Assembly: GCA_050013255.1 (NCBI GenBank)
Contig: JBEKFP010000002.1
Coordinates: 544,001 to 608,000, forward strand
Direction of reading: 5' to 3'
Length of the DNA stretch: 64,000 nt
From: Candidatus Bathyarchaeia archaeon
GTDB lineage: Archaea; Thermoproteota; Bathyarchaeia; 40CM-2-53-6
The translations under genes were made by a program, and so were the position numbers. Below the pieces are notes generated by a model, which was not told the DNA's origin, made no database searches, and worked only from the letters and a program-made list of their open reading frames with translations. Of this stretch, positions 1 through 10,464 are shown one piece after another. Each line of letters begins with the position of its first letter. Positions within the stretch are counted from its first letter, which is position 1.

Positions 1-1161
1 GCATCTGATGCACCTACACTTCTTCCCTTTCTCACTGAGCCGCTTTAGGGCGAGTTCCCGCAGGTTACCTTTCTTCGGCCCCGCCAGTATAAGTTGGACG
101 GGGAACTCCCTTTGCACGCGCATTATCCTAACCCAGGGTGGCACAAACTCCTTCACCCTTGCGATGAGTTCAACGGCTTGCTCGGTATCAAGGGCCTCGT
201 ATACGCCGCGCTTCCACCACTCATACAGTTCCGTGCCTTCCATAACTAGGCAAGGATAAATCTTCACCATGTCGGGACGAAAACGAGGGTCTTCGAACAG
301 CATCCTGAATGAGTCTAGGTCCTTCTGAAAGTCCGAGCCCGGCAGCCCAGGCATCATATGTGCAACTATCTTGTATCCCGCGTCTTTCGCAATCCGAAAA
401 GCCTCGACGACATCTTCCACCGTGTGGCCGCGATTCGTAAGCTCGTACACGTAATCATTGATGACTTGCACGCCAATTTCCACGCGCGTAGCCCCAAACC
501 TGAGCATTTGGTCAACGTGAGTCTGCTTACACCAATCTGGCTTTGTTTCGATGGTTAAGCCTACATTTCTAGTTTCGCTGACCTCAGCTCGGGATTTTGC
601 TTCCTCCAGCGTAGAGGAGTTCACACCGTTAACCGCGTCAAGGCAACGCATCACAAAATGTTCCTGGTATTCGGAGGGCGCCGCTAGAAATGTGCCGCCT
701 TGAATCACCAGTTCGACTTTCGAAGGCACATGCCCGATGGCTCTCAGCTGCCCCAGTCGGCTGGTAATCTGGAGGTACGGGTCGTATCCAGACTGAAAGC
801 CTCTCATCGCGGCGGGTTCGCCTGATGTGTAACTCATCGGGAACCCTTTCTCCATGGGGCAAAATACGCAGCGGCCGTGTGGGCAGCCGCGTGGTGAACT
901 CATTACTCCAATGACGTTTACCCCAGAAATGCTGCGGACCTTCTTCAAACGCAGATTGGGGCCGAACTTTTCCTTCATTTGAGGAGGCAAGGCGCTGAGA
1001 ATATCGGAATTGCGAGGCATCCAGCTCAGTGCATGTTCCTTGCAGAATTCCAACTTTAGTTTGTTGAGGCTAGCCGGGTCTATTGCCCCGACCTCAATTA
1101 CACGCGAGGCCAGCTCAGATAGGAGTGAGGCTTCAAGGGGTGACTCGAACGGGGCACCCAT
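1..1161 (-). CDS. elp3: Elp3 tRNA U34 acetyltransferase (radical SAM + GNAT), truncated by window edge
   Basis: Manual translation from ATG 1161: ...VRSISGVNVIGVMSSPRGCPHGRCVFCP...SYTSGEPAAMRG...CRCIRC; not in the ORF track because the stop lies outside the window. Confidence 0.93.
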   Translation of the reverse strand, partial: MGAPFESPLEASLLSELASRVIEVGAIDPASLNKLKLEFCKEHALSWMPRNSDILSALPPQMKEKFGPNLRLKKVRSISGVNVIGVMSSPRGCPHGRCVFCPMEKGFPMSYTSGEPAAMRGFQSGYDPYLQITSRLGQLRAIGHVPSKVELVIQGGTFLAAPSEYQEHFVMRCLDAVNGVNSSTLEEAKSRAEVSETRNVGLTIETKPDWCKQTHVDQMLRFGATRVEIGVQVINDYVYELTNRGHTVEDVVEAFRIAKDAGYKIVAHMMPGLPGSDFQKDLDSFRMLFEDPRFRPDMVKIYPCLVMEGTELYEWWKRGVYEALDTEQAVELIARVKEFVPPWVRIMRVQREFPVQLILAGPKKGNLRELALKRLSEKGKKCRCIRC

Positions 1162-1223
1162 CTTTCGGCCACCTCCACGAAAAACTTGGATTGCTCTTTC
1201 AAGGCAGAAGGTCTTGAGTGGCC

Positions 1224-1493
1224 TTAAGCTTGTTTCTTGCCAGCTTCCACGCAAATGTAGAGGATGTTGCTTCCGCGAAGTATTATGTTACCATAATTCG
1301 CCGTTGGAGAATTGCCACGGTACTCGGTCGCCCCTTCCAGAATTATGTTCATGTGGCTGTCGGCATCAATCATCTTGCCATGGTATTCCACATCACTCTT
1401 TAGCCTAATGTTGACTTCCGCGTTCAGCTTCTTTACGAGCAAGTTGAGAGGTTTTCTGGAAGGCTCCACGTGCATCACTGAATTGCTGCGCAA
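1224..1493 (-). CDS. Sm-like archaeal protein (Lsm/SmAP)
   Basis: Sm1 (YHGKMIDADSHMNIIL) and Sm2 (IILRGSNILYI) motifs. Confidence 0.9.
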   Translation of the reverse strand: MRSNSVMHVEPSRKPLNLLVKKLNAEVNIRLKSDVEYHGKMIDADSHMNIILEGATEYRGNSPTANYGNIILRGSNILYICVEAGKKQA

Positions 1494-1563
1494 CTTTCTC
1501 CTTTACTCTAAATAAGGTTGCCCCAAGCCCAAATAATTGGCAAACAACTACCAGCCCGTCCTA

Positions 1564-2334
1564 TCAGGCCATGAAATGGCTCAGTTTCATGTCTTTACGG
1601 CTTTTCAGCACGCTGAAGCATTTATCCGGGGCTAGCCTCACGTACTCAAGCTTCAGGCTATCTAACGTGGGTTGTGCGCTCTTGCGAAGTTCAGGTGCGA
1701 CTACGATGCCCCTGAGGGGCCTGTCCACCTTTCTTCTCAGAGTATCCAGGTACCTTTCAAGCTGCAACACCGCGTCCTTTGATGCTGCGTTCCTTTTGAT
1801 TTCTACAACAACGAGTCTGCCCTCCTTGTCCTCTGCGAAAATGTCTGTGAAGCCGGCTTCGCCCAGACTCTTCTCTTCCTGCAACGGCTTCAATCCTGCC
1901 TCCACAAGGTCGGGCGCAGTTAGAATCGCCTGCTTCATTTGTTCCTCGGTTACGTAAAGCGCGAATTCGCCAGAGTCAGCAAGGTTCCCGGTTACCGTTA
2001 GGCTGATTTGCTGGAATTCTATGGAGACGTTCTCTTTCGGCTGGGAACGAGACGCACTGAGCACCATACCAAAGTCGTTGAGCTTGACCTTGACGACGCA
2101 CTTCGGTGGTTGCCAATTAACCGGTTCGTAGCCCGTTGGCCTGTGAACTAATACGGAACCGTCTTGCTTCACCATCGTCATTCTCTCGCCCCATTCCAAA
2201 GTCGACGACGCCCGCCCCTCATAGTCAACCCTGCAGTTGCCAATTACGAGTGCGAAGCTTCTTGACCGGAATGCTTTCTCGAGGATCTCTGCTGCCTCAG
2301 AAAGCCGAGGATCAACTTTCACTAAAAGAACCAT
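1564..2334 (-). CDS. nucS: Endonuclease NucS/EndoMS
   Basis: CRVDYEGRASS, KQDGSVLVH, PVNWQP, D..EIK..QLERY nuclease motif. Confidence 0.93.
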   Translation of the reverse strand: MVLLVKVDPRLSEAAEILEKAFRSRSFALVIGNCRVDYEGRASSTLEWGERMTMVKQDGSVLVHRPTGYEPVNWQPPKCVVKVKLNDFGMVLSASRSQPKENVSIEFQQISLTVTGNLADSGEFALYVTEEQMKQAILTAPDLVEAGLKPLQEEKSLGEAGFTDIFAEDKEGRLVVVEIKRNAASKDAVLQLERYLDTLRRKVDRPLRGIVVAPELRKSAQPTLDSLKLEYVRLAPDKCFSVLKSRKDMKLSHFMA

Positions 2335-2913
2335 TTTGAAATTCCTGCAATCCTAATGTCTGGTTGCTTCAACTTTTTCGCCGTCCTTTCGTCCTGCTCT
2401 ACGTTATACGAGCAAATTCTCCTAACTCTAGAAAGAGTTGTCGGCGTGTTGTTGAGTCCCGTGCCTGAAGGTACGGTTCTGAGGAAGAAGCTTTGGGTTC
2501 CGGAGTTGTTCGGTTACCCCCGCGGAAGATACATGTGGTATCGGCCACGGTTACCCGTGATTCCCGAGCGTGGGTTGGCCATTCTACGTGTTAATGACGT
2601 CACGTCAACCCGTTTCGTTCTTGGGTTTTCGTATCTTTCTAATGGGGCGAATACTACAAGCTGTCACTAACGAAAGGCAAGTTCGGAAACATCACATTAT
2701 CATCATGCCTTGGGCAGCGTACCGCTATGGATTGACCACTCATCCGACTAATGGTGCAGAAACGGGGTTAGATCAGCTTGGAAGATAGTGGAACTCGATC
2801 TAGGGTAGCGTGAAGCATTGATGTCGAACCATGAAAAGGACAACCGTCCAGAAAGGGTGTCCAATCATCCTCTTCAAATCAAATCTTGGAAGAACAGGAT
2901 TCGGCTTCATAGC

Positions 2914-4023
2914 ATGGACTATAACGACTTACTTCTTGAGTCCATAGATGAAGTGTTCGTGGACCTCCTAGGCACGCGAGTTAGGGATGCGTTCTACGAT
3001 GCACTAGAAAGAAACCAACGCATTGCAAGAGAGGAACTCTCTCAACACTTGGATAAATTTCAAGAGGCGCTTGAAACGGTGCTCGGGAGTGGCGGTGACA
3101 CCGTAGGTAGAACTATTGCCAAAAGATTGTACGCAAAGCTCGCATTGGATTTTACGCCAAGGAGCGATTACAGGCTCACAGATTACGTCGAAGCCGCGAA
3201 GCCGCAATCGAGACCGCGGGAAGAGTTCGCGACGGTAATATTGCGAAATTTTCCCTCAATTGTAAACGCAAAGGTTGTGGCTTTGACTGCCGCAATCGTC
3301 TTCACAGTATTCTATTGGGTTGCTCAGACATGGGGTTCTGATCTTGTGGTGTTCACGGACGCTCTCTTCATGGTTGTTTCAGGTGTTTGCGCATTTGTTG
3401 CATTCCTGCCAGCTCGCAAATGGAAGGAACAAGGTAGGCTGGGTGTTGTTCATTTAGGCCTCTTCCTGGCCGTTTTGTTATGGTTCCTCGGCGAGTCAGT
3501 TTGGGGAATTTACGAGTTGTTGCTGGCCGTTGAAGTACCTTACCCATCGGCTGCTGACATTTTCTATTTAGCAGGGTACCTTCCCGCGTTGTTGGGAATC
3601 ACATTCTTCTTGGTCCGTGTGAAAACCGCGATCAAAGGCATTGCCTTTCAAGCAGCGATTCTATCGGGATTGGTCATCATAGGATCGGCGGTCGTCTTTC
3701 TAATCAATCCCATAATTGCATCAAGTTCTTCCAATCTGGCTAAAATATTCGATGTTGGATATCCAAGCCTTGATGCAATCCTCCTAGTTCTCGCCGTCAC
3801 AATGTTGATTGCCTTCGCAGATGGTAAGATAGGGCAATCATGGTTTTGGATTTCGTTCGGAATGATTCTTACCACCATGGCTGACTTGGCGTTCAGTTTC
3901 GGCACGCTGTCAGGTTGGTACTATTCTGGGCATCCTATAGAATTATTGTGGCTGTGGGGATACATCGGCCTCACTTTGGGATTTAATGCTCAAAGAAAAC
4001 AGTTGAACTCCTTTTCAATGTGA
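2914..4023 (+). CDS. DUF3227/NitrOD5-like domain fused to a multi-pass membrane sensor-type domain
   Basis: N-term LLLESIDEVFVDLLG...LETVLGSGG..IAKRLY; C-term ~7 TM with YPSAADIFYLAGY and YPSLD; likely start ATG 2914 (ORF track 2818). Confidence 0.65.
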   Translation: MDYNDLLLESIDEVFVDLLGTRVRDAFYDALERNQRIAREELSQHLDKFQEALETVLGSGGDTVGRTIAKRLYAKLALDFTPRSDYRLTDYVEAAKPQSRPREEFATVILRNFPSIVNAKVVALTAAIVFTVFYWVAQTWGSDLVVFTDALFMVVSGVCAFVAFLPARKWKEQGRLGVVHLGLFLAVLLWFLGESVWGIYELLLAVEVPYPSAADIFYLAGYLPALLGITFFLVRVKTAIKGIAFQAAILSGLVIIGSAVVFLINPIIASSSSNLAKIFDVGYPSLDAILLVLAVTMLIAFADGKIGQSWFWISFGMILTTMADLAFSFGTLSGWYYSGHPIELLWLWGYIGLTLGFNAQRKQLNSFSM

Positions 4024-4152
4024 CCACAGTCCGTCTCTGTTGGGAACGAATCGCACTGACCACACGGAACGACCAGGTGGATTTGCAGGTCATCAAGAAG
4101 GAGTATTCAACATTTAGAAGTCTCTGACGAGCTTAGCCTCACTGGACTGGAA

Positions 4153-5016
4153 ATGGATATTCAGAAATTGCGATTTGGACTTTACCTTCCGAATTTCGGC
4201 GAGGTAGCTTATGCTCGCACGCTAGCTGAGCTCGCGGTTGAGTCAGAGGACGCGGGCTGGGATGGGTTCTTCCTTTGGGACCATGTCATGCACAGCAAAA
4301 CTCAACGTTCCCCGATGGTAGACTCCATCACCGCACTCGCCGCGATTGCTGTCAAGACTAAACGAATTCGCTTAGGAACGACGATAACGCCACTCGCCCG
4401 ACGGCGCCCTTGGACAGTAGCCCGTCAAACGGTAACTCTGGACCACCTTTCGAACGGTCGCCTGATATTGGGAGTAGGGTTAGGTGATCCCGCTTACGCA
4501 GATTTCCAAATGTTCGGCGAATCAGGCGAAAAGAGGGATCGCGCCGAGAAACTAGACGAGGGTTTAGAGATTCTGACAGGACTCTGGACAGGAAAACAGT
4601 TCAGTTACAAGGGTAAGCACTACGCGATTGAGAATGCTAGGTTTCTACCGGCTACGAAGCAAAAGCCCCGAATCCCGATCTGGGTGGGAGGGTTCTGGCC
4701 GAACAAGGCGCCCTTCCGTAGAGCGGCCAAGTATGATGGGGTAATACCACTCAGACTGGCTAGCCCAATCAAGCCTGAGCCAAGGGACCTCCGCAACATC
4801 CTCGCCTACATCATGAAGCACAGAAAAAACACGGGCCCATTCGACGCCGCGGTAATCGGGTGGGGAACCGGAAAAAGCCACTTGGAGATTGCGAGAAAGA
4901 TTCAACCCTTTGCTGAGGCGGGCATGACATGGTGGCTAGAAAGCCTGTTCTTGCAACGAAATTCAATGAAGGAAATGAAGAAAAGGATCCGGAAAGGCCC
5001 GCCTACAATCTCTTGA
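4153..5016 (+). CDS. LLM-class flavin/F420-dependent oxidoreductase
   Basis: GWDGFFLWDH, TLDHLSNGRLILGVGLG, PIWVGG. Confidence 0.9.
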   Translation: MDIQKLRFGLYLPNFGEVAYARTLAELAVESEDAGWDGFFLWDHVMHSKTQRSPMVDSITALAAIAVKTKRIRLGTTITPLARRRPWTVARQTVTLDHLSNGRLILGVGLGDPAYADFQMFGESGEKRDRAEKLDEGLEILTGLWTGKQFSYKGKHYAIENARFLPATKQKPRIPIWVGGFWPNKAPFRRAAKYDGVIPLRLASPIKPEPRDLRNILAYIMKHRKNTGPFDAAVIGWGTGKSHLEIARKIQPFAEAGMTWWLESLFLQRNSMKEMKKRIRKGPPTIS

Positions 5017-5037
5017 AATAACCGCCAACGATTCAGT

Positions 5038-5874
5038 CTAGACAGAGGCACCGGGGTAGGAGCCGAGAATTTTCAAGAAGGTTGTTGACTTTTCAAGTGC
5101 TTCGAGTGCATCGGAGCAAGTAGGGTCGGTTCGGTGTCCTTCAAAGTCTACGAAGAAGTGATACTCCCAGGGCGTTCCTTTGATGGGCCTGGACTCAATC
5201 TTTGTGAGATTAATTCCTCGCGTTGCTAGTTCATTGAGCGCTCGCTGAAGAGAACCAGGAGAATGCTTTGTACCGAAAACAATTGATGTCTTGTCTCTTC
5301 CAGTTCGCGCCGCTTCATTTTCGCTAATAACCAAGAATCGCGTGAGGTTCTCAGGAAAATCCTCAATCCCCCTGCGCAATATCTCTAGGCCGTAGAGTGC
5401 TGCGGCTTTCTCACTTGCTATTGCAGCACTACCTCGCATGTTTTTCTCTCGTATTAGTTTCGCACTACCAGCCGTGTCATAGACTGGTTCGCCCACGACC
5501 TGCAGGCTCTCCAGAAACACTGAGCATTGAGCCAGCGCCTGCGGGTGAGAATAAACAGCCCGGATATCGCCAAGTTTTGATCCAGGTAGCGCCAATAAGC
5601 AATGGCTGACCCTGATTTTCACTTCAGCACATATCTTCATCGATGTTTGCAGCAGCAAATCATAAGTCTGATTTACGCTCCCCTCTAGAGAGTTTTCTGC
5701 AGGCAGCACGCCGAAATCAACCGACCCATCCTCAACAGTTCTAAAGACTTGTTTGAGCGTCTTGCACGGCTTCGTTAGGATTGATTCCCCGAACAAAAAC
5801 TGCGCCGCTAGCTCACTATAGGCGCCGTGTTCACCTTGAAACGAAACATCGATGCCGTGCGACTCACTAGCCAT
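5038..5874 (-). CDS. pheA: Prephenate dehydratase (PDT-ACT)
   Basis: FQGEHGAYS, ENSLEGSV, SHPQALAQC, TRF, INLTKIESRP; start taken at ATG 5874. Confidence 0.93.
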   Translation of the reverse strand: MASESHGIDVSFQGEHGAYSELAAQFLFGESILTKPCKTLKQVFRTVEDGSVDFGVLPAENSLEGSVNQTYDLLLQTSMKICAEVKIRVSHCLLALPGSKLGDIRAVYSHPQALAQCSVFLESLQVVGEPVYDTAGSAKLIREKNMRGSAAIASEKAAALYGLEILRRGIEDFPENLTRFLVISENEAARTGRDKTSIVFGTKHSPGSLQRALNELATRGINLTKIESRPIKGTPWEYHFFVDFEGHRTDPTCSDALEALEKSTTFLKILGSYPGASV

Positions 5875-6031
5875 GTTCCCTTCTCCTTTCATCGGTTCAA
5901 CCACTCTTGCTCGCACCATTGGTGCCACCGAGAGTAGGTATCACAATATTTCATTCACTCATCTCTCTCCGTTATATCGAACCGGGGTAGTAGAAGAACT
6001 AGTCAATATTGAAATAAGCAGGTTGTTATTG

Positions 6032-7102
6032 TTGGCATCGGCCCAAGTCTTGAAAGAGAAAGCTGAAGAAACCGAGGAAGACTCGGAGGAAGACTCGGAG
6101 GAAGAAAAACCCGAGGCAACAGTTGAGAAGAAGAAGTACGAGTTAATCGAAGATATTCCAGGCGTCGGCCCCGCGACAGCTGAAAAACTCAGAGAAATGG
6201 GTTACCAGACAGTCGAATCCCTGGCCACCGCCACAATTAAGGAACTAACCGAAGCCGGGGTTGGCGAAAAACAGGCTGGCAAAGTAATTGCGGAAGCCCG
6301 GGACAGCATCGCCCTTAGTTTTATTCGAGCTGACGAGCTCATTAAGATGAGACAGAACGTGAGGCGACTCACCACTGCAAGCAAACAGGTTGATGAACTG
6401 TTAGGTGGAGGCCTCGAAACTCAAACAATAACTGAATTCTACGGAGAATATGGAGTCGGCAAGAGCATTCTATGCCATCAACTTGCAGTCAATGTCCAAC
6501 TACCTGAAGAGAAAGGCGGCCTCAACGGCGCAGCCCTCTACATTGATACGGAGAACACGTTCCGCCCTGAATGGATCATTCGCATGGCAAACGCAATTGG
6601 ATTAGACCCAACGGAGACAGCGAAGAAGATCATATACTCAGAAGCGTTCAATTCTGATCATCAGATACTCGTACTTGAGAAGGCGGATAAGGTCATTCAG
6701 GAAAACAATGTGAAGTTGATAATCGTCGATTCCTTGACGGCTCATTTTCGAAGTGAATATCTTGGTCGTGAAATGCTTGCAGAGCGGCAGCAGAAGCTTA
6801 ACAGCCACTTGCACAGGTTGGTTAGGCTTTCCCGTGCCTTCAATGCATGCGCCGTTGTGACAAATCAGGTTATGTCGAGGCCGGACGTGTTCTTCGCTAA
6901 TTCCGTGGAGGCAGTCGGAGGACATATAGTATCCCACACCACCCATACGAGGATATTCCTGAGGAAAACATCCAGTGGCCCAGTCAGAATTTGCAAGCTC
7001 ATCTCCAGCCCCTACCTACCAGAGGGAGAACGCATATTCAAGATAACTGAGGAAGGTGTCAAAGATATCACCGAAGAAGACGAAGTCAAACGCCGACGCT
7101 GA
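6032..7102 (+). CDS. radA: DNA recombinase RadA with acidic N-terminal extension
   Basis: HhH (PGVGPATAEKL), Walker A GEYGVGKS, IIVDS, RQQKLN; start uncertain (TTG 6032). Confidence 0.95.
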   Translation: MASAQVLKEKAEETEEDSEEDSEEEKPEATVEKKKYELIEDIPGVGPATAEKLREMGYQTVESLATATIKELTEAGVGEKQAGKVIAEARDSIALSFIRADELIKMRQNVRRLTTASKQVDELLGGGLETQTITEFYGEYGVGKSILCHQLAVNVQLPEEKGGLNGAALYIDTENTFRPEWIIRMANAIGLDPTETAKKIIYSEAFNSDHQILVLEKADKVIQENNVKLIIVDSLTAHFRSEYLGREMLAERQQKLNSHLHRLVRLSRAFNACAVVTNQVMSRPDVFFANSVEAVGGHIVSHTTHTRIFLRKTSSGPVRICKLISSPYLPEGERIFKITEEGVKDITEEDEVKRRR

Positions 7103-7484
7103 AAAACCACAGCCCACCCTAAACATAAGCACTGAGAAATTCTTTCAAGCCGTGAACGACAGAAGGATTTCCGACGCAGAAAAAGAACTGGACGCTATAC
7201 GAACAAACATACCCGCAACCGAATCGGCGAATGGCTACCTCAAAGCCCTCGAAGGCCTGCTCCTAGCCGCCAAGACCACCGACGACAAATTCCTCTACCT
7301 TTCGAAAATTGAAATGACACCCACCAAAGTCAAGGCATTGAGGAAAGAGTTCGCACAGCACGGGACAAACGGGTTACATTCAGACTACGACCGCGGCTAC
7401 TTCCAAGCGGTTGAGACCTACCTGAGGAAATTGGAACGGGACGGGCCGCCTCCAGAGCCCAAAAATTCCCAAAAGACAAAGTAG
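7056..7484 (+). CDS. Hypothetical helical protein coupled to radA
   Basis: Abuts radA; repeated GYLKALEG / GYFQAVE helices; start uncertain. Confidence 0.7.
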   Translation: MSKISPKKTKSNADAEKPQPTLNISTEKFFQAVNDRRISDAEKELDAIRTNIPATESANGYLKALEGLLLAAKTTDDKFLYLSKIEMTPTKVKALRKEFAQHGTNGLHSDYDRGYFQAVETYLRKLERDGPPPEPKNSQKTK

Positions 7485-7492
7485 GAACGCGG

Positions 7493-7828
7493 TTAACCCA
7501 ATAGGGTGTACAGAAAGACCGACACGACGATCCACAGAACTATGAATGTCCCGCCGCCTAGGGTTATGTGCCGATTCTTCCCTTTCAGCTCGACTTCTCC
7601 GAAATGCAAGACGCGTCGAATAATCAAAATCGAAAACGCGTAGATGACGATTCCTAGGCCGATGCCTATGAATAGTGCGAAATCGCCGAAGCTGGCTTGG
7701 TCTATGTGTAGGAACTGGTTCGCAAATCCGGCAACAACTGCCAAGAGGACACGCATCCAGTACACAATTGATGTCGGCTTGAATCTCCTTGCGGATGATG
7801 TTTGAACCTGAGACTGAGCGCTGCTCAA
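7493..7828 (-). CDS. 3-TM membrane protein, EMC6/Rab5ip-like
   Basis: VYWMRVLLAVVAG...GGGTFIVLWIVVSVFLYT pattern resembles EMC6. Confidence 0.6.
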   Translation of the reverse strand: MSSAQSQVQTSSARRFKPTSIVYWMRVLLAVVAGFANQFLHIDQASFGDFALFIGIGLGIVIYAFSILIIRRVLHFGEVELKGKNRHITLGGGTFIVLWIVVSVFLYTLLG

Positions 7829-7974
7829 CTATCTTCCAAACCTCATTGGCTCTTGATTCCGCGGAGCATACCTACACTCGCTAGATAACCCTTCCCTGCC
7901 CCTGCCAGACCGCTCCCGGAAATGCCCCGCAAAGCCCTTAAGGCGTTGGAAAAACACTGAAGTTGGGATAACGA

Positions 7975-8553
7975 TTGGCAACAAGGTCAGCAACTCCTGA
8001 CGTCAAAATTGAGGATGTCATGTCCAGCCCCGTGGTCACCGTCAAGGACACGGATACCGTGCTCGCGGCAACCAAACTGATGAAGAAAAACGAAATTGGC
8101 TGCGTTGTGGTTGTAGACAAGTCGGACAAACCATTAGGGCTCATGACGGAGCGCGACGTTGTAAGAAGAGTCGCAGCGTTGGACCTGCTGCCAAGTAAAA
8201 TCAAAGCTGCCAACACAATGACCAAACCGCTCGGAACAATTGACCCTTCCTCAAACGTCACAGATGCTGCCAAGAAAATGCGAGAGATGAAGGTTAGACG
8301 CCTGGTCGTTGTTCAAGGAGGCAAGGTCAAGGGCATCATAACCAGCAACGACATTGTGGACATGATGCCGGCCTTGATTGACGTAGTGGCTGAGAAATCC
8401 CAGATAGCGCCTGTGCAGAAGATCAAGGAAACCGCCCCGCTCTCAGGCTATTGTGACAGGTGCGGCTCATGGGCTGACGAGTTGAAGTCGCATGATGGAC
8501 AATTCCTCTGCGACGACTGCGCGTCCGATATGGGAGAAACTGAAGAAGAATAA
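7975..8553 (+). CDS. CBS-pair protein with C-terminal Zn ribbon
   Basis: Two CBS domains; CDRC...CDDC. Confidence 0.9.
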   Translation: MATRSATPDVKIEDVMSSPVVTVKDTDTVLAATKLMKKNEIGCVVVVDKSDKPLGLMTERDVVRRVAALDLLPSKIKAANTMTKPLGTIDPSSNVTDAAKKMREMKVRRLVVVQGGKVKGIITSNDIVDMMPALIDVVAEKSQIAPVQKIKETAPLSGYCDRCGSWADELKSHDGQFLCDDCASDMGETEEE

Positions 8554-8611
8554 TCAACGACCTTAACCTGCTGAAGGGCGTGAATAGTCAGCAGGCGGTG
8601 CATCTGAGTCC

Positions 8612-9952
8612 ATGCCATCTTTACTCATAGAATCAGCCCAGGTCCTGGCAGGCGACGAGTTAACCACTGCTCACATCTTCTTGGAGAATGGCATGATCAA
8701 GAGCATATCTAAACTTCGACCAACAGAGACCGCTGACTCAAAGATAGACGCAAGCGGCCTCATCGCCCTCCCCGGAATGATTGATGCTCACGTTCACCTT
8801 CGAGATCTGGAATATTCATACAAGGAGACATTTGAAACCGGGACCCGCGCTGCGGCCGCTGGCGGGTACACTACAGTGTTCGATATGCCAAATTCCCGCC
8901 CCCCTACAGTAAGCAGCTCTAACTTGGCTGATAAGATGGCGAAGGCGGAAGGAAGACTCTACTCAAATGTAGCGTTCCAGGGCGCACTAGTTGAGGACTC
9001 GAACGAACTGAGAAGAATGGTTGAAAGAGGCGCGATCGCATTCAAACTATACCTAAACAAGGCGCTCGTAACATTTGACTCGAGCAGCCAGGCCAACTTG
9101 AAGAATGCGCTTCAAGCCGCAAAAGAGGCTGATACGATAGTCACCGTCCATGCGGAAGACGGCGATAGCATCAGAAAGTCTCAACAAGAGAGCGTCGCTA
9201 GGGGAAAAGTGTCTATCAATGATTTTCTTAGGGCGCACGCGCCGCAAATCGAGGTATACGCCGTCCGGAAGATTCTAGGGCTCGGGAGCAAGCTGGGGTT
9301 ACGGCTTCACATCTGCCATATCACCGTTCCCGAAGCGGTTAAGCTCGTTCGAATGACGCCGAACGCAACATGCGAAGCCTCCCCCCACCACCTACTTCTG
9401 AATCAAACGGTTTTCCGAGGACAGAAGACCTTAGCGATCTGCGTCCCCCCGATCAGAAGCGAGGTAAACAGGAAAGGCCTGTGGAAGCTGTTCGCAAAAG
9501 GGCAAGTGGACATACTCGCTAGTGACCACGCGCCGCACACGCTAGAAGAGAAGACGAAGCAAAACGCCTGGGAAGCGGCTTCGGGAGTTCCAGGGCTCGA
9601 AACATCCCTCCCATTAATGTTCACACAGGTTTCATTAGGAAAACTGTCTTTGCGGAGACTCGTCGAGGTTACGGCCACGCTTCCGGCTAAGCTCTTTCAC
9701 TTGTCAAGAAAGAGCGAACTCAAGAAAGGTTACGATGCAGATATCGTCCTCGTTGACCCGAAAGCCAAGACACGAATTATCCCAGAGGCATTTGAGAGTA
9801 AGGCAAAGTATTCTCCCTTCAAGGGATACCGATGCACTGGGACGGCGGCTTACACGATTGTTAGTGGAGCATTGGTCGCTGAGAGGGGAAGAATCGTTGG
9901 ACCTGCTGTTGGAAGAGTCACGAAGAGCGATAGGGCATGCGGTTCCTCTTAG
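8612..9952 (+). CDS. pyrC: Dihydroorotase (type I)
   Basis: PGMIDAHVHLR, DMPN, HAED, HICH, SDHAPH. Confidence 0.88.
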   Translation: MPSLLIESAQVLAGDELTTAHIFLENGMIKSISKLRPTETADSKIDASGLIALPGMIDAHVHLRDLEYSYKETFETGTRAAAAGGYTTVFDMPNSRPPTVSSSNLADKMAKAEGRLYSNVAFQGALVEDSNELRRMVERGAIAFKLYLNKALVTFDSSSQANLKNALQAAKEADTIVTVHAEDGDSIRKSQQESVARGKVSINDFLRAHAPQIEVYAVRKILGLGSKLGLRLHICHITVPEAVKLVRMTPNATCEASPHHLLLNQTVFRGQKTLAICVPPIRSEVNRKGLWKLFAKGQVDILASDHAPHTLEEKTKQNAWEAASGVPGLETSLPLMFTQVSLGKLSLRRLVEVTATLPAKLFHLSRKSELKKGYDADIVLVDPKAKTRIIPEAFESKAKYSPFKGYRCTGTAAYTIVSGALVAERGRIVGPAVGRVTKSDRACGSS

Positions 9953-10464
9953 ATGGAATGCTAGGAAAGTTGGCGAGGTGGCTACGTATGCTCGGATACG
10001 AGACGCTTTACCTCAAGGACAGCTCCGACCAAGAACTGCTTTCCTTAGCCAAGCGTGAATCCCTGACCCTGTTAACTTCGGATGAAGAACTCTATAGAAC
10101 CGCGGCCATGAGAAACATCGAGACCTCACTAGTGCAGGGACACACTGAACCTGAGCGACTAGCCGAACTCGCAGAACGCTACAACCTCAGGCTGGAGATC
10201 GATACGACCATCTCGAAATGTCCGATGTGCGGTTCCTCTATCAGAGAGGTTTCGAAGGAGAATGTGGAGAAGTTGGTTCTTCCAACAACGTTTAAACTGT
10301 ACCAAAGTTTTTGGGTTTGTACTAATGCGAAGTGCGCAAAAGTTTACTGGCACGGAAGCCACTGGAAAAAAATAGAACAAACACTTGAAAGCGCGAGGAA
10401 AATTCTTGACGCGAAGGGAAACGGCACAGCTAGCACAGAGCAACCTGAACCTCGAAGAAGGTAG
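9937..10464 (+). CDS. Mut7-C (PIN-like) RNase domain protein
   Basis: FLLDGMLGKLARWLRMLGY, CPMC, C..CAKVYWHGSH. Confidence 0.9.
   Translation: MRFLLDGMLGKLARWLRMLGYETLYLKDSSDQELLSLAKRESLTLLTSDEELYRTAAMRNIETSLVQGHTEPERLAELAERYNLRLEIDTTISKCPMCGSSIREVSKENVEKLVLPTTFKLYQSFWVCTNAKCAKVYWHGSHWKKIEQTLESARKILDAKGNGTASTEQPEPRRR

Noticed and set aside
2340-2810. Possible RNase P/SRP RNA or small CDS in the nucS upstream gap
   Set aside because: No P4 (GAGGAAAGUCC/ACAGAA) or SRP helix-8 motif found; overlapping short ORFs lack recognisable motifs; may be decayed coding DNA
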